Below, one piece after another: positions 1 to 11,989 of a stretch of DNA of 64,000 nucleotides. The stretch is taken from the NCBI RefSeq assembly GCF_006345805.1, contig NC_043005.1, forward strand, positions 64,604,001 to 64,668,000, given 5' to 3'. A program made the position numbers and the translations under genes. The DNA comes from Octopus sinensis. Taxonomy: Eukaryota. The notes under the pieces are model-generated. The model saw only the letters and a list, made by a program, of their open reading frames with translations, did no database searches and was not told the origin of the DNA. Numbering within the stretch: position 1 is the stretch's first letter; every line of letters starts with the position of its first letter.

Positions 1-1156
1 ACAGAAATAGCCTGCAATTAAACCATCTCACCATCAACCTACGCTAAAGCTCACTTTGCATTTTTGTGCGTAAAAAGAACAAAATATGTCCTGGACAAAG
101 CAATAGGAACAATATAATCAGCTAAAAATGCTTGAAGGCAGTGTGTGGAATGAATACAATCTAATGACTAAAAAACTAATGAAAGAGGATTAATATAAAT
201 ACGTGTACGTACTAATTCCATTATTGTAATTCAATGCTGTCTTTATGATATTAAGTATATGATTTTTAAGATACCACAGATATAACAAGGTTGATCATAT
301 CAAGACATTTAACAATTTTTTATTCTCTATTCTCATCATTTAACATCCATGTTCCAGTCTATGTTCTATGTTAGCATGAGTTGGAATGGTTTGACAGAAC
401 TCATTGCATCCTAAGACAGGATTGTATTCCAGTGTCTGTTTTGGTATGGTTTCTGCAGCTGGATGCTCTTCCTAATGTCAACCATTTCACAGCAAGTACC
501 GAAAGCTTTTTTCATACGACCAGCGTTAGGGAGCAGCTTTAGGCTCAGAAGATAAGGGATTAAAGTATGAGAGAAGGGGACTAGAGCAGAATAAGATACT
601 TTTGTAGAGGAGCTACATGACTAATAATTTTATTAATTTTTATAACTGATTAGCTAAAGTTAAATGGCATATTCTTTCCCAAAAAACACATTTAAAGGAT
701 TTAGAATTTATCTCCTTGACAGTGTAAATGTGAGTAAATTTGACTATTACATGTTAAGAATGTAATACTTGTAAATATCTTGCATACTCTTACTCCAGAA
801 ATAAATACTCAACAAAATTTTCTTCTGAAGAGTTAAAGCAGTAGAATCTGAAGAAATTCGTGACGATCTACATTAGCTAATACTGAGCAAGAAACTCCAC
901 AAAACGGAAAAAGTTAGTGTAAGTTAGTATGCCATGAAAAAGAAGAGTGAAGATTAAGATATGTTGTGATTGACTACATGCTTCCTGAGATTCGCCAACA
1001 CTACACCTGATTTTCTCCCCTCCATACACACACAAGCATGTATCTGACTCATACACTGTTTACTTTCCAGACATTTGTACATTACTGCATATGCTTTAGA
1101 TGCACTTTTGACAAGTTGTGGTGCACCTGAGTACTGCATACAATAATTTCATTATT

Positions 1157-1191
<35 letters not shown>

Positions 1192-1196
1192 TATTA

Positions 1197-1447
1197 CCCC
1201 AACTGGCCTCCGTGCCGGTGGCACGTAAAAAGCACCATCCAATCATGGACGTTTGCCAGCCTTGTCTGGCACCTGTGCAGGTGGCACGTAAAAAGCACCC
1301 ACTACACTCACGGAGTGGTTGGCGTTAGGAAGGACATCCAGCTGTAGAAACACTGCCAGAACAGAGTGGGCCTGGCGCAGCCTTCTGGCTTTCCAGACCC
1401 CAGTTGAATCATCCAACCCATGCTAGCATGGAAAACGGACGTTAAAC

Positions 1448-1478
<31 letters not shown>
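1197..1478 (+). mobile_element. Family C retroposon (non-coding, (GAT)n tail, GTGCC-NNN-GGCAC hairpin modules)
   Basis: Two GTGCCGGTGGCAC-type modules, GGCGTTAGGAAGGACATCCAGCTGTAGAAAC core, ends GGACGTTAAAC(GAT)n. About 10 related copies in the window. Confidence 0.85.
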
Positions 1479-1481
<3 letters not shown>

Positions 1482-1805
1482 ATTCATATAATCCCAGTCA
1501 GTACAGAAAAAAAAGACAAAAAAAAAAACAGACACTAAAGCAGTGACATTGGTGGCATTAATGATTTGCAGTTAGTGTCATGGCAGCAATATCGATGGTG
1601 GTGTTGGTGGTGGTGGTGTTGGTGATGATGATGGCAGCGGTGGCAGTGATAATGATGATTATAGCAGTGTGTAACTGGTTCTTTTGCATAATTCCTGCAT
1701 CAGTGATGTATAATTCTGGTTTTCTTCATACTTATTAATTAAATTGTCAAATATACACAGCTCAAATTTATAATGAACACTTAAGAAATTATGAAGAAAA
1801 CTTAC

Positions 1806-2105
1806 CTTTTTGGATTTCAGTGTCTTTCTCCATAGGGTTGAGAAAATTCCATCTGTCCAGTCATTAGTAGCAACATCCAACCTACCAAACATTTGTGGAG
1901 CCGTAATGGCTTTAGGATTCATTCTCATTTCTTTGTGGGGGAAACCACATGCAGTAAGGGCCTTCTGTAACATGTGGATACATTTGGTTTTACCACTTCC
2001 TGATGGTCCTAATGTCATCATACCATGCCGTACACTTTGTGTTTCATATAACTGCACCAGTTTCAAAATCCATGGGGGATGAACTATTAAACCATTATCA
2101 GTAAC
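1806..2105 (-). CDS. DNAH5: Dynein heavy chain exon H (AAA2 Walker A)
   Basis: Acceptor ATTTCAG, 300 bp (100 codons), [100 protein letters not shown], donor AAG|GTAAG. The [15 protein letters not shown] and [33 protein letters not shown] strings are typical of DNAH5/DNAH8; the two paralogues cannot be separated here. Confidence 0.97.
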
Positions 2106-2203
2106 CTGAAATGGAATTATATATACTGCTTAATACAGAAAATTCTCATTTCATTAGAAATACCTTTTTGAATGTAAGAAGCTATTTTATTCTTTATATT
2201 ACC

Positions 2204-2432
2204 TATTTCTTTACTACCCACAAGGGGCTAAACACAGAGAAGACAAACAAGGACAGACAAAGGGATTAAGTCGATTATATCGACCCAGTGCGTAACTGGT
2301 ACTTATTTAATCGACCCCGAAAGGATGAAAGGCAAAGTCGACCTCGGCGGAATTTGAACTCAGAACGTAACGGCTGACGAAATACGGCTATGCATTTCGC
2401 CCGGCATGCTAAGTTTCTGCCAGCTCGCCACC
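2204..2432 (-). mobile_element. Family B tRNA-derived SINE, full length with 16-bp TSD
   Basis: TSD TATTCTTTATATTACC at 2188-2203 and 2433-2448. Head GGCGAGCTGGCAGAAAC...GAGTTCAAATTCC. Central TTGCCTTTCATCCTTTCGGGGTCGATTAAATAAGTACCAG resembles the MetaSINE (Sauria-SINE-like) domain (recall, not searched). Confidence 0.9.
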
Positions 2433-2823
2433 TATTCTTTATATTACCATTTATAATTTCTTTCAGCTGTTATGAAATTATTCACATCTAAAATTAAAAT
2501 TATCTCATAACCTTTTGATCAAGATTTCAATCTCTCACAATGATTTATCTCTTTATTCATGCACATTGTTCTGTGTGTCTTAATTTGTATTTATAAAGAA
2601 AAAGAATTTTGTACCACTACTCTATTTCAGTAGACAATAAAAGAGGACATTCTATGTAATCAGAAAATAGATAGCATTCAGAACGGTAATAATATTGGAA
2701 ATTGATTGATGGTGAGGGAAAAAAATAAATCAGCAAAGGAGACACAAAGATGAATATAACTATGGGTGACAACAAAACAGATTATTTCACTTCCGGTAAA
2801 TGGCAATGTTGAACATGTCTTAC

Positions 2824-2931
2824 TTGTTTACAGATAGCAGCTTCTATTTGTGGATAACCAGCTTTTTCAAGTTTCATGCCAGGAAATAAATCATCAATCA
2901 AAGACATGAATAGTGGCTCATCTTCATCAAC
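2824..2931 (-). CDS. DNAH5: Dynein heavy chain exon G
   Basis: Acceptor GACTAG, 108 bp (36 codons), [36 protein letters not shown], donor GTAAGA. DEDEPLFxSLIxDLFP motif. Not in the ORF track. Confidence 0.96.
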
Positions 2932-3172
2932 CTAGTCAATACACACACATAAAGAAAAAAGTTTAAACAATTTCTGAAAAAAGAGACATTAGGACACTGC
3001 ATGCACATTATTTTGTTTACAAGTAAATATATGAAGAGGAAGATATCTGTGCATGTGAAATGAATTCACACTCACACTCACATACACCCAAGCATACATA
3101 CAAACATTACACAAGTGAAATATGTGACGCAAGTTGGCGGTAAATGTATTTGAATGTAGCAAAGAAAAAATA

Positions 3173-4905
3173 TTGGGTTGTCTGGAAAGTTCATGCCAAT
3201 TTATTGTAGCTTACTTCTCAACTTATTTTAGGACATGGTTGAGTCCATAAAATAGGATTTGACTACAGCTCCATTTAAGCTATATTTTCATGGAAGAAGG
3301 TTTATGTTCCTATAACCTGTGTTAATTCTGTAACCCTTTAAAATGGAAGATAAGAAAGTTCATTTTCAGCACTACATGCTTTTCTTTTTCCGTAAAGGGT
3401 AAAATGCCTCACAAGCAACCAAAGAAATATGCGCAATTTATGGTGATGTTTCTTTATCCGACAGAACTGTACGAAAGTGCTTCGCAAGGTTCTGAGCTGG
3501 AGATTGTAGCCTTATTGATAAAGAGCGATCAGGCAGACCATCCACTACAAATGATAACCAAATCAGGTCATTAATTGAGAACAACCCACATTGCACAACC
3601 CGAGAATTGGCAGAAAACCTCAACCTATCAAAATCCGTCATTCATGAGCATTAGATGAACATCAATGGATAGATGAACATCAATGGAATTTGTATCCTTG
3701 TGGTACCAGTGCCGGTGGCACATAAGAAAACCATCCGAACGGGACCGTAGCCAGTACCGCATCGACTGGCCTCCGTGCTGTGGGCACGTAACAAACACCA
3801 TCCGATCATGGTCGTTCGCCAGCCTCGTCTGGTACCTGTGTCGGTGGCACATAAGAAAACACCGAAAACACCATCCGAGCGTGGCCGTCTGCCAGCCTCT
3901 TCTGGCACCTGTGTCGGTGGCACATAAAATCAACCACTACACTCTCGGAGTGGTTAGCGTTAGGAAGGGCATCCAGCTGTAGAAACACTGCCAGATCTGA
4001 CTGGCCTGGTGCAGCCTTCAGGCTTGCCAGACCCCAGTTGAACCGTCCAACCAATGCTAGCATGGAAAGCGGACGTTAAACGATGATGATGATGATGATG
4101 AGCACCTGATAAAGCTTGGATACACAAATCACTACGATGTTTGGGTACCACATGAGTTGAGTGAGAAGAACCTTTTGGATTGCATTTCCATCTGTGATTT
4201 GCTTTATAAATGGAATGAAAACACGTCTTTTTTAAAGCAAATTGTGGCAGATGATGAGAAATGGATTATTTACCGAAATCTTCAGAGAAAGCAATCCCAG
4301 AGTAAGCAAAATGAGCCACCCTTAGCCACCCCAAAAGCGGGGTCATCACCCTAAAAAAGTCTTGCTTTGTGTCTGGTGGGATTGGAAAGGAATTCTGTAC
4401 TCTAAACTTCTCCCAAGTAACCTGACAATTCTGAGAAATTCTGCACACAACTGGACGAGTTAAAAGCAGCAATTCAAGAGAAACATCCAGAATTGGCCAA
4501 CAGGAAGGGTGTTGTTTTCCAACATGATAATCCAAGACCACACGTTTCTTTGGGAACCAGACAGAAACTGCTGCAGCTCGGCTGGAATGTGTTACTTCAC
4601 CCTCCATATTCACCAGATATTGCTCTTTCGGATTTTCACTTACTCAAGTCTCTGCAGAATAGTCTTAATGGTAAAAATTTCAATTCCTTGGATGATGTAA
4701 AAAGATACCTTGATGAATTCTTTGCTGTGAAACCACCTCAATTTCGGGAAGAGGGTATTTTCAAATTAAAGGAAAGATGGAGATGCCTTGTGCAACAAAA
4801 TGGTTCATATTTGATTGATTAAAAATGTAATGGCAAGTATTTATTGGTATTTATTGACCTTTTTCTTTCCTTTAAAATTCAGCACAAACTTTCCGGACAA
4901 CCCAA
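3173..4905 (+). mobile_element. Mariner (family 1) full-length copy with dead transposase, interrupted by a family C retroposon
   Basis: TA-flanked TIRs TTGGGTTGTC(T/C)GGAAAGTT. Transposase remnants MEDKKVHF..., WVPHEL, ADDEKW, QHDNPRPH, HPPYSPDIA (D,D34D mariner type), with stops and frameshifts. Confidence 0.95.
3651..4097 (+). mobile_element. Family C retroposon inserted in the mariner transposase
   Basis: ATGAGCA duplicated at 3644-3650 and 4098-4104. Removing the insert restores ...SVIHEH-LIKLGYTNHYDVWVPHEL. Four hairpin modules, (GAT)n tail. Confidence 0.9.
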
Positions 4906-5072
4906 TAGATGACTTCAATGATACATATCATTATGTAAACTATGTATCAGGTTATATGCTATATACATATAACTGAAAAGATTTGTAAAAAATAGAAAAA
5001 ATTTCTTAGTGTACATGTGGTTGTGTATACATAGATACATATATACATGCATGCATATTATTATTATTATTA

Positions 5073-6269
5073 GTGTCATTTACTTTTAATCTGCATGTTT
5101 GATGCAATCACTTGCCAGGGCACACCCAGCGCCCTAGGGCAAGTGAAGGTTAAGAGTTGTTGAAATATAGCTGAAAGCTTGGGGAGGGGAAGTAGAGAAA
5201 TATCTCCATGTAATACAACACAAACATTTACATTGATAGGCTTTTTCTAAGGATGTGGGCAGTACTTGTTAGCACAATGTTTTGGATTTCCTTGAGACAT
5301 GGTTCCCCAGGGATATTGTCTAGGCATTTCTGACATCCCTTTTTTATCATACCTAGGGCACCTACAATAACAGGAACAGTTTTTGTTTTAAGATTCCACA
5401 TCTTTTGTATTTCGATTTCCAGGTCCTTATATTTACTAAGTTTATCAAATTCCTTTACAGATATATTTTTATCAGTGGGGATGCTTACCTCTATTAGTCT
5501 GCAGGTATATTCTTCCCTGTCTTTAACAATTATGTCTGGTCGATTAGCCTTGATCGTTCTGTCAGTGTTGACTGGAAAATTCCAGAGGAGGGTGACATTT
5601 TTACCTTCAACAACTGGCTGAGGATGGTGTTCATACCAGTTAGTAGGAGTGCCGAATTCGTAGTGTTTACATATCTTCCAATGTATATACTGTCCTACCT
5701 TATCGTGGCGATTTTTGTATTCGTTTGGTGTCAGCACAGGACATCCCAAAACGAGATGGTCTATTGTTTCGTCAAATGTGTCACAGAATCTGCATTTAGG
5801 GTCAGTACCATTTCGGAGAACGTTAGCCTGGTAATTTCTGGTAAACAAGCTTTGATCTTGTGCTGCCAGTATGAAGCCTTCAGTCTCTGCTTTCAATCCT
5901 GAACTCTTCAGCCACTGATGGGTTGTTGCTTGGTCTACATCAGCATTTTGGCTTCGGAGAATATATTGTCCATGCATTCTCTTCTGGCTCCACTGCCTCT
6001 CAATTTGATTCTGCCCGTTCTTTTTTGCAGTCTGCTTGATTCGCTTTGCTTGCTTGGTAGCAGTGGTTTCCAGCTCTTCATCTGATTCAAGGTTAATGTC
6101 TAGTTCTCTTTCGAATTTATAAGCTTCCTTGACGATAGAATGCAGCTTTTTGCTGCCTTCGTGTTCGAACACAAGTCGCAGCATCCAGTCCTTTGTACTA
6201 GATAGGTACCTGTTCATTCCTACAGTGGAGGTCTTATAGCACAGCTCTAATTGCATCATTCCTCTCCCC

Positions 6270-6270
<1 letters not shown>
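5073..6270 (-). mobile_element. 5'-truncated R4/Dong-type non-LTR retrotransposon in a (TAA)n array
   Basis: Flanked on both sides by (TAA)n (5056-5072 and 6271-6324). Carries ORF 5228-6259 plus a 3' UTR. Confidence 0.85.
5228..6259 (-). CDS. C-terminal part of an RLE-class retrotransposon protein (CCHC knuckle + restriction-like endonuclease)
   Basis: 343-aa open frame: CRFC...ETIDHLVLGC (CCHC), RHD, RPDII...LIEVSIP...K (PD-(D/E)xK nuclease), PVIVGALG. RT domain is missing through 5' truncation. Confidence 0.9.
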   Translation of the reverse strand: MMQLELCYKTSTVGMNRYLSSTKDWMLRLVFEHEGSKKLHSIVKEAYKFERELDINLESDEELETTATKQAKRIKQTAKKNGQNQIERQWSQKRMHGQYILRSQNADVDQATTHQWLKSSGLKAETEGFILAAQDQSLFTRNYQANVLRNGTDPKCRFCDTFDETIDHLVLGCPVLTPNEYKNRHDKVGQYIHWKICKHYEFGTPTNWYEHHPQPVVEGKNVTLLWNFPVNTDRTIKANRPDIIVKDREEYTCRLIEVSIPTDKNISVKEFDKLSKYKDLEIEIQKMWNLKTKTVPVIVGALGMIKKGCQKCLDNIPGEPCLKEIQNIVLTSTAHILRKSLSM

Positions 6271-6324
<54 letters not shown>

Positions 6325-6327
<3 letters not shown>

Positions 6328-6600
6328 ATCACTGCCTGAAATCGAACTTGGAATCTTCGGGTTAAGAGTGCAAGCTACTAACCGAGTTCAATTCCAGGCA
6401 GTGACCTGAATACTAACAACAACAACTACAACAACAGCAGCAGCAACAGCAACAACAACAGCAAAAATACCTTAGGAATGAGAACCCAGGTTCGAAATTT
6501 CCCCCAAGATACCTGATGAAGGCTGGAGGGTGTATCAACCGAAATGTTATGTTAATAAACAAGATGAGGACAAATATCTATCAATTGTAAATAAAGTAAC
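6325..6600 (+). mobile_element. Penelope-like/SINE hybrid unit with an inverted 5' segment and a decayed hammerhead motif
   Basis: 24-bp inverted repeat (6325-6348 / 6385-6408, 3 mismatches) around a B-box-like GAGTTCAATTCC, then (CAA/CAG)n, then CTGATGA...GAAA. Confidence 0.6.
6508..6553 (+). ncRNA. Minimal type I hammerhead ribozyme motif, degenerate
   Basis: gatac-CTGATGA-A-GGCTG(gagggtgtat)CAACC-GAAA-tg-TT-atgtt. Core intact; stems I, II and III each carry mismatches. Confidence 0.5.
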
Positions 6601-6974
6601 TAATGTATTATTACTATTATTATTATAATTATTATTATTAAGGTGGCAAGCTGGCAGAATCATTAGCACGCTGGACAAAATGCTTAGTAGTATTTCCCCC
6701 ATCGCTATGTTGGGAGTTTTCAGAGGTGAATTATCCAAGCCCCAAAGAATTCCTCTCAACACATGGCTATGATGCTCCCCAACTACTTCTGCTTGTGATC
6801 AGATATGCACCTATTGCCATCCACCAAGGGACATGCTCAACTGGTTAAGGTCAAACAACTGACAAGCAAATTTGTGGTATTGAGCAGAATATTTGCTGTA
6901 GCCCATCTTTTATACCAAGGCAAAACAATGTACATGATTACACTTCCAATCAGTTACGGTCAGAAGCCATGATT

Positions 6975-7184
6975 TCTTCCATCAAGATTTTTATTCACAG
7001 TTCCCAGGGCCCCAACAATTATTGGTACTACTACCACCTTTTTCAGTGACCAGAACTACTTAACCTCCCAAGCTAACCTGTCATATCTATTGACTTTTCT
7101 TTCTTCCTTAACACATATCTTGTTGTCAGCTGGAATTGATATATCTATGATCCAGCATCGTCTGCTTTGTTTCTCAATTAACAC
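6975..7184 (-). mobile_element. Second R4/Dong-type RLE fragment (different subfamily)
   Basis: Minus strand reads VLIEKQSRRCWIIDISIPADNKICVKEERKVNRYDRLAWEVK*FWSLKKVVVVPIIVGALG. Truncated directly at (TAA)n 7185-7230. Confidence 0.8.
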
Positions 7185-7690
7185 TATTATTATTATTATT
7201 ATTATTATTATTATCATTATTATTATTATTAGAATGTTGCATGGTACTCCTATCATTCCCTGAGTGGGACTATATGGATGATGGAAACCCAACCCTTACA
7301 TACAACACAGAGTTAATGGAAGATATGGATTACATTAGCCTGGGTTCAATTCTAAGGAGAGATGAGAACTGTTAGAGTAGTTTTTTTTTTATATTTGTGC
7401 TTAATCTCTTATTCTATGACCACCAATGCACACAGCCATTTTTATCCTACTCTCTCTTGCTTACCCCCCACTCTCTCTAGAAAGGGCATCCAGCTGTAGA
7501 AACTCTGCCAGACCACAGTGAAGCCTGGTGCAGTCACTGGCTCTCCAAACCTCAGTGGAACCGTCCAACTTATGCCAGCATAGAAAACAGACGTTAATCG
7601 ATGATAATGATGCTGCTGATATATGTGTATATAATGTGTGTATGTATATGTATATATATATGTATGTTATATATACATATACATAAACAC

Positions 7691-7741
<51 letters not shown>

Positions 7742-7994
7742 ACAAATAAGAAAATGGAGAAACAAATTTAGTTTGTTCATCAACTTTCGGATATGAGAAT
7801 GTTGGATTATTTATTCATTTAACAAAATGAGAACCCCAATATCATACATATATATCTTATAATTCAATACATATAAGATAAGAATACAAATTATAAAAAT
7901 CATAATATAAATTATTGAAATCATTAAAATCACCAACAGTATATTGGATAAATACTATCCCTTAGTGGGTTGCACCCATACCCCTAACTTACTT

Positions 7995-8049
<55 letters not shown>

Positions 8050-8383
8050 CTTTCTTTCCTTCTCTCTCTACTCTTAGTTTCTCAGAAAGCAATTCACCTC
8101 CACTTCTTCACCATTCTGTTTCTTTTCAACTGAGACATCTTTCTGAACTATTTTCTGGTGTGTATATGTCAGTTTCTGTGTTTACGTTTATGTTTGTCAC
8201 AACACCAACAGTATTGTGTAGAAAAGATAACTATAATTACATACAAATACTGGTCAATAAAATAATTACCAGACCAAGATAAGTGCTATACTCAATAGAA
8301 TCTCTTAAAACTTCTAAAAGTGGTGCTCAGCATGGCTACAGAAAACAATAAAAGGATTTTAAGACAATACGGAAATAACCCAC

Positions 8384-8518
8384 CAGCTTTGACAAGTTCA
8401 TGTCTCTAAGAACTCTCATTACAATAGTGGCTTCACTGTCTTGCTGGTTTTCTCTTTTACTTGAACCAAGAATTCTCAATACAGACAAAATATTTCTCAG
8501 ACCAAAATCATAGTGAAC
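8384..8518 (-). CDS. DNAH5: Dynein heavy chain exon F
   Basis: Acceptor TATTTTCAG, 135 bp (45 codons), [45 protein letters not shown], donor GTGGGT. Continues directly from ...EEQLTKQ (QxHYDFGLR motif). Not in the ORF track. Confidence 0.96.
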
Positions 8519-8892
8519 CTGAAAATAGAATAAGTTCTGTTTAGTTAGCGATTCGAATTAAATACAAATTATACAGTACACTAACTTGCACAAATTTCAA
8601 GAATATTATTTCGTCACAATATAAATTGACACATGTTATCTGATTCATTCTCATTGCTATTATATTGTTACTATTTACTATTTGCATCACTTGCAGCAAA
8701 CCAATTCCATGCTTCAAAATATCAATAAAGATCAAAAAGTATTGCTTATAACAACCGACTATTATTCTAAAGAGGAATAGTTGATAAATTGATAACTTTT
8801 TGAAGTCCTATTTACAGCGATATCAATTTATAACTTCCTGCCCTCAGCTTATTTCAATATCTGGAGAAATTCCACATGCTGTCTTCACTAAT

Positions 8893-9068
8893 ACTCTTTT
8901 ACTTGTTTCAGTCATTTGACTATGGCCATGCTGGAGCACCGCCTTTAGTCGAGCAAATCGATCCCAGGACTTTGTAAGCCTAGTACTTATTCCATCAGTC
9001 TCTTTTGCTGAACCGCTAAGTTACGGGTGACGTGAACACACCAGCATTGGTTGTCAAGCAAAATTGGG

Positions 9069-9100
<32 letters not shown>

Positions 9101-9263
9101 GACAGGCTTCTTTCACTTTCCATCTACCAAATCCACTCACAAAGCTTTGGTCAGCCGAGGCTATAGTAGAAGACACTTGCCCAAGGTGCCACGCAGTGGG
9201 ACTGAACCCGGAACCACGTGGTTGATAAGCAAGCTACTTACCACACAGCCACTTCTGCACCTA
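8893..9263 (-). mobile_element. Family A tRNA-derived SINE
   Basis: GGAGTGGCTGTGTGGTAAGTAGCTTGCTT...GGGTTCAGTCCCAC head, internal (TA)(TG) microsatellite, CAGTCAAATGACTGAAACAAGTAAAAGAG tail. Confidence 0.9.
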
Positions 9264-10570
9264 TAGCTAAACATTTTTGTTGCATTTTTCAGTCAAATAA
9301 TCTATTTTAACAAGTTTCTGATGAAGAATCATATGTCATGTTGTATTTTGGGAGGGTCATTATTAGAATATTCAGTTTATTAATTCAACAGATAAAGCTG
9401 AAGTTATGTTTCTCATATCATGTTATATATGTAACATGTTGCATGTTGAATGTATTTCTTCCACACTGACATTCAGATATAAGTAAACTATAATTTGAAT
9501 CCGAAGATGCTAAGCTGAAATAAATCAGAATTTATTCAACTGTTGATGATTTGTCTTCATTCTGTTCCAGAACTGTAGTTTTGTGTTCATACTCCTGTTT
9601 CTTCAACGTTTGTTGTATGCATATTCTCAATGCTTTAGCTTTCGAATAACAAGTAGGTCAGGACAGCCAATTTGTATTACTTTTAAAAATTCCAATCATT
9701 AGAGTAATGTACATGACTCTAAATGTTATTCAGCTAAAATTCATTAACTAAATTGCCTTATCCTTTAAACTACTATTAAATTAGGAAAATTCAAATTGCT
9801 AATCATTGTTATTACAAATTAAAACCTACGAATTAAAAATAGTGACAATAACATACAAGACTTGGCAGCATCTCATAATTTTATTTCATCTTGAGCGAAA
9901 TGGAAACAAATCTATTGATATTTATGCCTCCCATTAACCTATCATTAGAATTTAATACAGTGCTGACATGCTCTGAAGTAATTTGTTTTTACTTTTAAAT
10001 GGCTGGTTCATCAGTGATTCGTTTTTGTTTTAATTTTAATTTTTCAATTTTAACATCACTGGATAAACGTAGTTTAAACACTTTTTTATTTGTTATTAAA
10101 TATTTATTTTCAGCTAATGGTAACGTCGTTTGATGCAAGTCAATATTTTGAAATATCACTTTAACTCAATACACACAGCATAGGCACCAAAGTTCATTGC
10201 CAATTCCAAGATTTTACACTACTAAAGTCACTGATAAAAACGCCATATCAATAATGCATTGAGCTGAAACAACCTAATATATTACATATTACATAATACG
10301 TTAAGTCTTGAAGACTGGTGAGATTGATTGCATGAAAAACGTGTGCAGAGAGGAAATTCTAGTTGAATGATTTTATCAGTACAAAGGACTGGGAAAACTA
10401 GTTAATATTAGTTCCGGTGGGCATGCCAGAAGTCATGAGAGGAGGAGAAGGAGGAATGAGTTGAGAGAATTTGAGCAGAGGAGGCACAAGACCAACTAGT
10501 TCTGTTATACAGGTTAAAGTATCATATATTTAAGTTTAGAAGATCATTGGAAAGGCAAAGTATATTTAAA

Positions 10571-10990
10571 TATAGGAGTGGCTGTGTGGTAAGTAGTTTC
10601 CTTACCAACCACATGGTTCTGGGTTCAGTCCCACTGCATAGCACCTTGGACAAGTGTCTTCTACTATAGCCTCGGGCCGACCAAGGCTTTGTGAGTGGAT
10701 TTGGTAGACAGAAACTGAAAGAAGCCCATTGTATATATGTGTATATATAAATACATATATGTGTGTGCGTGTGTGTGTGTGCGTGTCTGCATATGTTTGT
10801 GTGTCTGTGTTTGTCCCCCCACCATCGCTTGACAACCGATGCTGGTCTGTTTACGTCCCTGTAACTTAGCGGTTCAGCAAAAGTACTAGGCTTACAAAGA
10901 ATAAGTCCTGGGGGCGATTTCCTCGACTAAAGGCGGTGCTCCAGCATGGCCACAGTCAAATAACTGAAACAAGTAAAAGAGTAAAGAGAG
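10571..10990 (+). mobile_element. Family A SINE
   Basis: Same head, body and tail as the other family A copies. Confidence 0.9.
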
Positions 10991-11145
10991 TAGTGACCAA
11001 CATAAGCTTTTCATCAAGAAGCACAAGTGACAACAAGATATTGTTGACTTTGTTAACGTTCACCAGCAGTTATACAACCTAACTAAAACAACAGCAATCA
11101 AAGCACAAAGAGAATGTAAAATTAACATTTGTTTATTGAAATTAA

Positions 11146-11486
11146 GTGAAGGCGCATGGCTCAGTGATTAGAGCGTCGAGCTTACGATCGTGAGGTTGTG
11201 AGCTCGAATCCCAGACCGGGCTGCGTGTTGTGTTCTTGAGCAAGGCACTTTATTTCACGTTGCTCCAGTTCACTCAGCTGTAGAAATGAGTTGCGACGTC
11301 ACTGGTGCCAAGCTGTATCGACCTTTGTCTTTCCCTTGGATAACACTGGTGGCGTGGAGAGGGGAGGCTGGTATGCATGGGCGACTGCTGGTCTTCCATA
11401 AACAACCTTGCCCGGACTTGTGTCTAGGAGGGTAACTTTCTAGGTGCAATCCCATGGTCATTCATGACCGAAGGGGGTCTTTACCC
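11146..11486 (+). mobile_element. tRNA-derived SINE (family D), full length with 14-bp TSD
   Basis: TSD TTTATTGAAATTAA at 11132-11145 and 11487-11500. A box TGGCTCAGTGATTAGAG, B box GCTCGAATCCC. CpG-rich, so probably young. Confidence 0.9.
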
Positions 11487-11989
11487 TTTATTGAAATTAA
11501 CAGATATATTCTGCTAAATTCAATTCAATATCATAGAATCTCAGAAAAATTATTAAATTATTATTTAGCTTAACTACTTCTGAAAATTAAGCAATTAAAT
11601 TTCATATTATAATTCTATTATAATTCATCTGTCTGTAGAAAGTAAAGGTTTAGTAATGTATTTAGTCAGATGAGTGAATCTACCAACTTCTGTTTATAGA
11701 TGAATATAGCAAGTTGAATATTATTGACTCTCTGCTATGAAGGATTATTCTTTATTAACTTTCTAGTCCTCTTCTTCGAAGAATCCTCTATGTAGCTGCT
11801 AACCAGCAAAGAATAAATAGTTTGGAGGGCATGAGCCTAGACACACCATAAAAGATAAAAAACCTGAAATATACAGCATTCATCTTATTCATGTTTCATT
11901 TTATCACTTGCCAGCATATGGTGCTATTCATCAAGACAAATTTAGTGTTACTTTAATAATATCCAATGTATTACGTATATTTCCAGATT

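Noticed and set aside
1810-2082. Plus-strand ORFs overlapping dynein exon H, the RLE ORF (5624-5902) and the RTE RT (62390-63117)
   Set aside because: Antisense shadows of real coding sequence on the other strand.
3700-3935. CRISPR-like array of palindromic repeats with spacers
   Set aside because: Eukaryotic intron, no cas genes, spacers are homologous to one another, and the array is part of a TSD-flanked retroposon with many dispersed copies.
11146-11222. tRNA gene (also at 46272 and 27120-27193)
   Set aside because: A and B boxes are present but there is no acceptor stem; each runs into a SINE body, and one has a TSD.
11767-11851. Possible plus-strand terminal exon of a nested gene (PLLRRILYVAANQQRINSLEGMSLDTP*) after TTTCTAG
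   Set aside because: Only 27 codons, no recognisable homology and no partner exons found.
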